Assembly (NCBI GenBank): GCA_964411375.1
Contig: CAYPKR010000002.1
Span: 894-64,893, forward strand
From: an uncultured Candidatus Saccharibacteria bacterium
GTDB lineage: Bacteria; Patescibacteriota; Minisyncoccia; Phycocordibacterales; UBA12088
DNA length: 64,000 nt
Reading direction: 5' to 3'
This document shows positions 59,657 through 64,000 of this stretch, piece after piece; positions within the stretch are counted from its first letter, which is position 1, and every line of letters starts with the position of its first letter. A program made the position numbers and the translations under genes. A model generated the notes under the pieces. It worked only from the letters and a program-made list of their open reading frames with translations. It was not told the origin of the DNA and did not search any database.

Positions 59657-61558
59657 ATGAGTAAAATTCTTGGAATCGACCTCGGTACCACCAACTCCGC
59701 ACTCGCGATCGTCGAGGCAGGAGAGCCGCGCATCATCGAAAATGCGGAAGGTGCACGCACCACTCCATCGGTTGTTGCAATCTCAAAAACGAGTGAGCGA
59801 CTTGTTGGACTTATCGCACGCCGCCAGGCAGTCACCAATCCAAAAAATACGGTTTATCAGATCAAACGATTTATCGGGCACACCTTTGATGAGCCGGGCG
59901 TTGAAAAAGATCGCCAGTCAGTTCCGTTTGAAACACAAAAAGGCGCAAACGGCAGTGTCGAAGTAAAAATGGGTGACAAATGGAATCGTCCAGAAGAAAT
60001 TTCTGCAATGATTCTTCAAAAATTGAAATCAGACGCGGAAGCAAAACTTGGTGAAACGATTACCGAAGCGGTCATCACTGTTCCTGCATATTTTAACGAC
60101 TCACAGCGTCAGGCAACTAAAGATGCCGGTAAAATCGCAGGACTCGATGTAAAGCGCATCATCAACGAACCAACTGCCGCAGCACTTGCATATGGATTCA
60201 ATAAAAAGAAAAATGAAAAGATTGCCGTCTTCGACTTTGGAGGCGGTACATTCGACGTGTCCATTCTTGAAGTAGGAGATGATGTGATTGAAGTCAAATC
60301 AACTGACGGAGATGCGCACCTTGGAGGTAAAGATCTTGATCAGAAAATAATGAATTGGCTTGGTAGCGAATTCAAGAAGGAAAGTGGTATCGATATTTTG
60401 AACGATCCACTTGCCCGTCAGCGTCTCGATGAAGCTGCAGAAAAAGCAAAGATTGAACTTTCAACTGCTGCACAAACTGAAATCAATATTCCGTTCATTA
60501 CTTCTGACTCATCAGGTCCACGTCATCTCTTGATCACGATGACTCGCGCACAGCTCGAAGAGCTCACGCGTGAGTTTGTCGACCGCGCAATGGCAATCAC
60601 GAAACGCGCGATGGATTCATCCCCATTCAAAGTCGGTGAAATCAATGAAGTCATATTGGTCGGCGGACAAACTCGTATGCCGATGATTCAAAATGCCGTT
60701 AAAGAATTTTTTGGCAGAGATCCGAATATGAGCGTGAATCCCGACGAAGTCGTCGCTATCGGCGCGGCGATTCAGGGCGGTATTCTCGCAGGTGACGTCA
60801 AAGATGTTTTGCTTCTCGACGTTATTCCGCTTTCACTCGGCATCGAAACGATGGGTGGCGTTGCAACAAAACTGATTGAAAAGAATACGACGATTCCGAC
60901 CTCGCGCTCGCAAACATTCTCAACCGCGGCAGATAATCAGACCTCCGTAGAAATTCACATCGTCCAAGGTGAGCGTGCAATGGCGACCGATAACAAGTCG
61001 CTTGGCAAATTTATTCTTGAAGGAATTCCGCCTGCACCTCGCGGCATGCCACAGGTTGAAGTGACATTTGATGTTGATGCAAACGGCATTGTGAATGTCA
61101 CCGCAAAAGATAAGACGAGTGGAAAGTCGCAGTCGATTCGCATTGAATCGCGCGGTTCGCTTTCCGAAGAAGATATTAAGAAGATGACTGCAGATGCTGC
61201 GGCACACGAAGCCGAAGATAAAACTAAGAAAGAATTAGTTGAAAGCAAAAATATGGCAGAGCAGATGATCTACACTGCCGAAAAGTCAGTTCGCGAATAC
61301 GGCGACAAGGTTTCTGCTGATGTAAAAGTCGATGTTGAAGCAAAAATTGCAGCGCTTAAAACTGCAAAAGATGGAAATGATGCCGGAGCAATAAAATCTG
61401 GAATGGATGCGCTCTCAAATGCGCTTGGAAAAATCGGCGAAGCAATGTCTAAAGAAAACGCGAGTGCAAACCAGAATCCAAACGGACAAAACAATACGCC
61501 GCCCGAAGGATCGGACGGCGCAGGTGAGGGGAATGTGCGGGATGCGGAGACGAGTTAG
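59657..61558 (+). CDS. dnaK: Chaperone DnaK
   Basis: [25 protein letters not shown]. Confidence 0.99.
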   Translation: MSKILGIDLGTTNSALAIVEAGEPRIIENAEGARTTPSVVAISKTSERLVGLIARRQAVTNPKNTVYQIKRFIGHTFDEPGVEKDRQSVPFETQKGANGSVEVKMGDKWNRPEEISAMILQKLKSDAEAKLGETITEAVITVPAYFNDSQRQATKDAGKIAGLDVKRIINEPTAAALAYGFNKKKNEKIAVFDFGGGTFDVSILEVGDDVIEVKSTDGDAHLGGKDLDQKIMNWLGSEFKKESGIDILNDPLARQRLDEAAEKAKIELSTAAQTEINIPFITSDSSGPRHLLITMTRAQLEELTREFVDRAMAITKRAMDSSPFKVGEINEVILVGGQTRMPMIQNAVKEFFGRDPNMSVNPDEVVAIGAAIQGGILAGDVKDVLLLDVIPLSLGIETMGGVATKLIEKNTTIPTSRSQTFSTAADNQTSVEIHIVQGERAMATDNKSLGKFILEGIPPAPRGMPQVEVTFDVDANGIVNVTAKDKTSGKSQSIRIESRGSLSEEDIKKMTADAAAHEAEDKTKKELVESKNMAEQMIYTAEKSVREYGDKVSADVKVDVEAKIAALKTAKDGNDAGAIKSGMDALSNALGKIGEAMSKENASANQNPNGQNNTPPEGSDGAGEGNVRDAETS

Positions 61559-61565
61559 GCGCAAT

Positions 61566-61814
61566 TTATACAGGGACAAGCTTTGCGGAAATGAACGTTC
61601 CTAATGCTGTTCTGCGTGCATTCGCGCATATAGCACCTAAAGGTTTCCGGCCGCCTCTTTCGAGTATTTCCATTGAGATTCTTGGTCGCACACCAAACCT
61701 AGGATTTCCTGGATGCATAAGTCTAAAACAAAGTATCCACGGAGTACAGCCGTATTTGGTGACGCGCACTAGCACTCTATCCCCGATCTGGACAGGGGAA
61801 GCCTCGATCTGCAT
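61566..61814 (-). CDS. Small basic orphan antisense between dnaK and dnaJ
   Basis: AGGAG SD before ATG at 61814; 82 aa. Confidence 0.45.
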   Translation of the reverse strand: MQIEASPVQIGDRVLVRVTKYGCTPWILCFRLMHPGNPRFGVRPRISMEILERGGRKPLGAICANARRTALGTFISAKLVPV

Positions 61815-61895
61815 CAAATTTCTCCTGTTGGACATTCGCTGCAATTAAAAACCATATATTTACAACTCTGTCAATAACGCGTAGAATAGCCGAAC

Positions 61896-62960
61896 ATGAG
61901 CAAAGATTATTATCAAATTCTCGGAATCGAAAAAGGCGCATCGAAAGACGAGGTTAAAAAAGCATTCCATAAGCTTGCGCATAAATATCATCCGGACAAA
62001 AAGACTGGAGATGAGGCGAAGTTTAAAGAAGTTTCAGAGGCGTACGCCATTCTCTCCGATGAAAAAAAGCGCGCGGAATATGACGCGTATGGAAGGGTAT
62101 TCAATGGCGGAAATGGAGGCGGTGGCGGAAATCCATTTGAAGGATTCGACTTCTCGCAGTTTACCGGTGCAAATGGATTTGAATTTGATCTCGGCGATAT
62201 CTTCGGCGATATTTTTGGAGGTGGGGGATCACGCGAACGTCGCGGACGCGACATTTCGATTGATCTGCAGCTTCCGCTTCGCGACGTAGTCTTTGGAACC
62301 GAGCGCACCGTGATGCTCACCAAAGCAAGTAAATGCGCAGTGTGTGCTGGTTCTGGCGCGGCGCCCGGAAGCGAAATGATTACCTGCAAAACCTGCAACG
62401 GAAAAGGAAAGATCCACGAGACTCGAAATTCTATTTTCGGCTCGATCGCCACTACTTCTATTTGTCCTGATTGTGGTGGCGCAGGAACAATTCCTAAAAA
62501 TCCATGTACGGAATGCAGAGGAAGCGGTGTTACTCGTCGCCAAGAAGATATTGCGATCAAAGTACCTCCTGGAATTGCGGATGGTGAAATGATCCGACTG
62601 CAAGGAATGGGCGAAGCGATTCCACGTGGAACCTCTGGTGACCTCTATGTAAAAATTCGAGTCGAACGCGATCCGGTATTCTCTCGCGAAGGTGCAAATC
62701 TTCTCATGAATCTCACGGTAAAGCTCACTGACGCGCTTCTTGGCGCAACATACACGGTCAAAACATTTGATGGTGATATTTCAGTCAAAATTCCCGCCGG
62801 CATTAGTTTTGGAGAATTGCTTCGAGTGAAAGGGAAGGGAATCGTTGTACCGCACGGTAGTCGCGGCGATCTCTTGATTCGCATTCTGATTCAGATTCCA
62901 AACAAACTTTCCCGTTCCGCAAAAGAAAGTGTGGAAAAACTTAAGGAAGAAGGTATATAG
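61896..62960 (+). CDS. dnaJ: Chaperone DnaJ
   Basis: HPD, G/F region, four CxxCxGxG. Confidence 0.99.
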   Translation: MSKDYYQILGIEKGASKDEVKKAFHKLAHKYHPDKKTGDEAKFKEVSEAYAILSDEKKRAEYDAYGRVFNGGNGGGGGNPFEGFDFSQFTGANGFEFDLGDIFGDIFGGGGSRERRGRDISIDLQLPLRDVVFGTERTVMLTKASKCAVCAGSGAAPGSEMITCKTCNGKGKIHETRNSIFGSIATTSICPDCGGAGTIPKNPCTECRGSGVTRRQEDIAIKVPPGIADGEMIRLQGMGEAIPRGTSGDLYVKIRVERDPVFSREGANLLMNLTVKLTDALLGATYTVKTFDGDISVKIPAGISFGELLRVKGKGIVVPHGSRGDLLIRILIQIPNKLSRSAKESVEKLKEEGI

Positions 62961-63012
62961 GATATATACTAAAAGCACTGTGGCGCAGACGACGACGCGC
63001 TGTGGTTAAAAT

Positions 63013-63516
63013 ATGAATGCAACTATCCAAACTGCACAGGCGGCAGGTTCGAGTGTTGTCGGGACAGTCTTATCGTTATCTACCGACATTTTTGTGATTG
63101 TCGGTATATTTACTGCTTTGTTTGTATGGGGAGCATGGAAAGGTCAGCGAGGACTTGCGACTTTGACCATTTCTCTATTCGTCGCCATTGCAGTATTCAA
63201 AGCATTTCCATATGGTGGAGTCTTTACGCTTGCACCATATGTTCCGCTTATTGTTTTTCTCGTGTTACTCGGAGCTATTTATTTTGTACTTATGGGAATA
63301 CTATCGGTATTTTCATTTGAAGGGGGAGTGGGGCAGTGGATTAAGACCGCGCTTCTCACTTTCACTGTAATGACGCTCATTGTCTCAATCACCTATCATG
63401 TAGTGCTGATTGCGCCAATCTATCACTGGAGCGGGGCGGTTGATTTTCTCTTCAAATCCGATCAACTTTTCTTTTGGTGGCTTGTCGCTCCGCTTATCGT
63501 ATTATTTTTTATCTAA
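63013..63516 (+). CDS. Integral membrane hypothetical protein (CvpA-like topology)
   Basis: About 5 TMs. Confidence 0.65.
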   Translation: MNATIQTAQAAGSSVVGTVLSLSTDIFVIVGIFTALFVWGAWKGQRGLATLTISLFVAIAVFKAFPYGGVFTLAPYVPLIVFLVLLGAIYFVLMGILSVFSFEGGVGQWIKTALLTFTVMTLIVSITYHVVLIAPIYHWSGAVDFLFKSDQLFFWWLVAPLIVLFFI

Positions 63517-63526
63517 ACTATAAACT

Positions 63527-63931
63527 ATGGAAAACATTTCAACAGTCCATTTTGGTGAGCATGTCATGATTGATGGATACCAGGGAGATTCTGCACTACT
63601 CAATGATAAGGAGTTAGTGCTCAAGGTTTTAAATGAACTTCCTGAACTCCTTGATATGCATAAACTTTCGACACCGGAGATCTACTTTGCAAAAGGGAAT
63701 GACACCAAAGATCCTGGAGGATGGAGCGGTTTTGTTGTAATCGAAGAAAGTCATATCAGTATTCATACTTTTCCAGGAAGACAGTTTGTAAGCGCAGACG
63801 TCTACACCTGCAAAAATGGAATGAATATCGATTACATATCAGATTACTTCAAAAAAACATTCGCGCTTCAGGACATCGAAATGAATTTTGTGAAACGCGG
63901 AACAAGGTATCCTGCGCATGACGTAGCCTAA
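63527..63931 (+). CDS. speD: Pyruvoyl-dependent S-adenosylmethionine decarboxylase family proenzyme
   Basis: GGWSGFVVIEESHISIHTFP..DVYTC. Confidence 0.85.
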   Translation: MENISTVHFGEHVMIDGYQGDSALLNDKELVLKVLNELPELLDMHKLSTPEIYFAKGNDTKDPGGWSGFVVIEESHISIHTFPGRQFVSADVYTCKNGMNIDYISDYFKKTFALQDIEMNFVKRGTRYPAHDVA

Positions 63932-64000
63932 TGCATCGAATGCAATGACCTCAACGACCATTAAAAAAATATCTCAAGTAGCTGGCCAGTGGAGTATCAC

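Overview
This looks like a Patescibacteria/CPR (Parcubacteria-like) chromosome segment using genetic code 11 (TGA = stop). The taxonomic call is inferred from the gene set and the mostly Shine-Dalgarno-less core genes. Bases 1 to about 12087 are the right part of an integrated mobile element that is strongly depleted of several 4-bp palindromes. It carries an Xis-like HTH gene, a type I R-M system (HsdM, half-size HsdS, HsdR with an inserted beta-sandwich domain) and an RloC-like ABC-ATPase/HEPN protein. It also carries a putative copper module led by an ORF ending in RAP-stop, a tyrosine recombinase, DUF488, a structured leader RNA and a terminase-small-subunit-like HTH gene. The element ends at a tRNA-3'-end-like att remnant that also encodes an orphan 31-aa C-terminal peptide, suggesting an integrase gene split by integration. 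The rest is host chromosome: three tRNAs (Arg-CCG, Pro-CGG, Ala-CGC), SulP, a fragmented atp cluster, an RND pump, ychF, leuS, mltG, mnmA, pepO, alaS, infA-rpmJ-rpsMKD-rpoA-rplQ-rplM-rpsI, grpE-dnaK-dnaJ and speD. These are interspersed with small orphan ORFs that have strong SD sites, and with long hairpin elements. All calls come from reading motifs by eye; no database searches were run.
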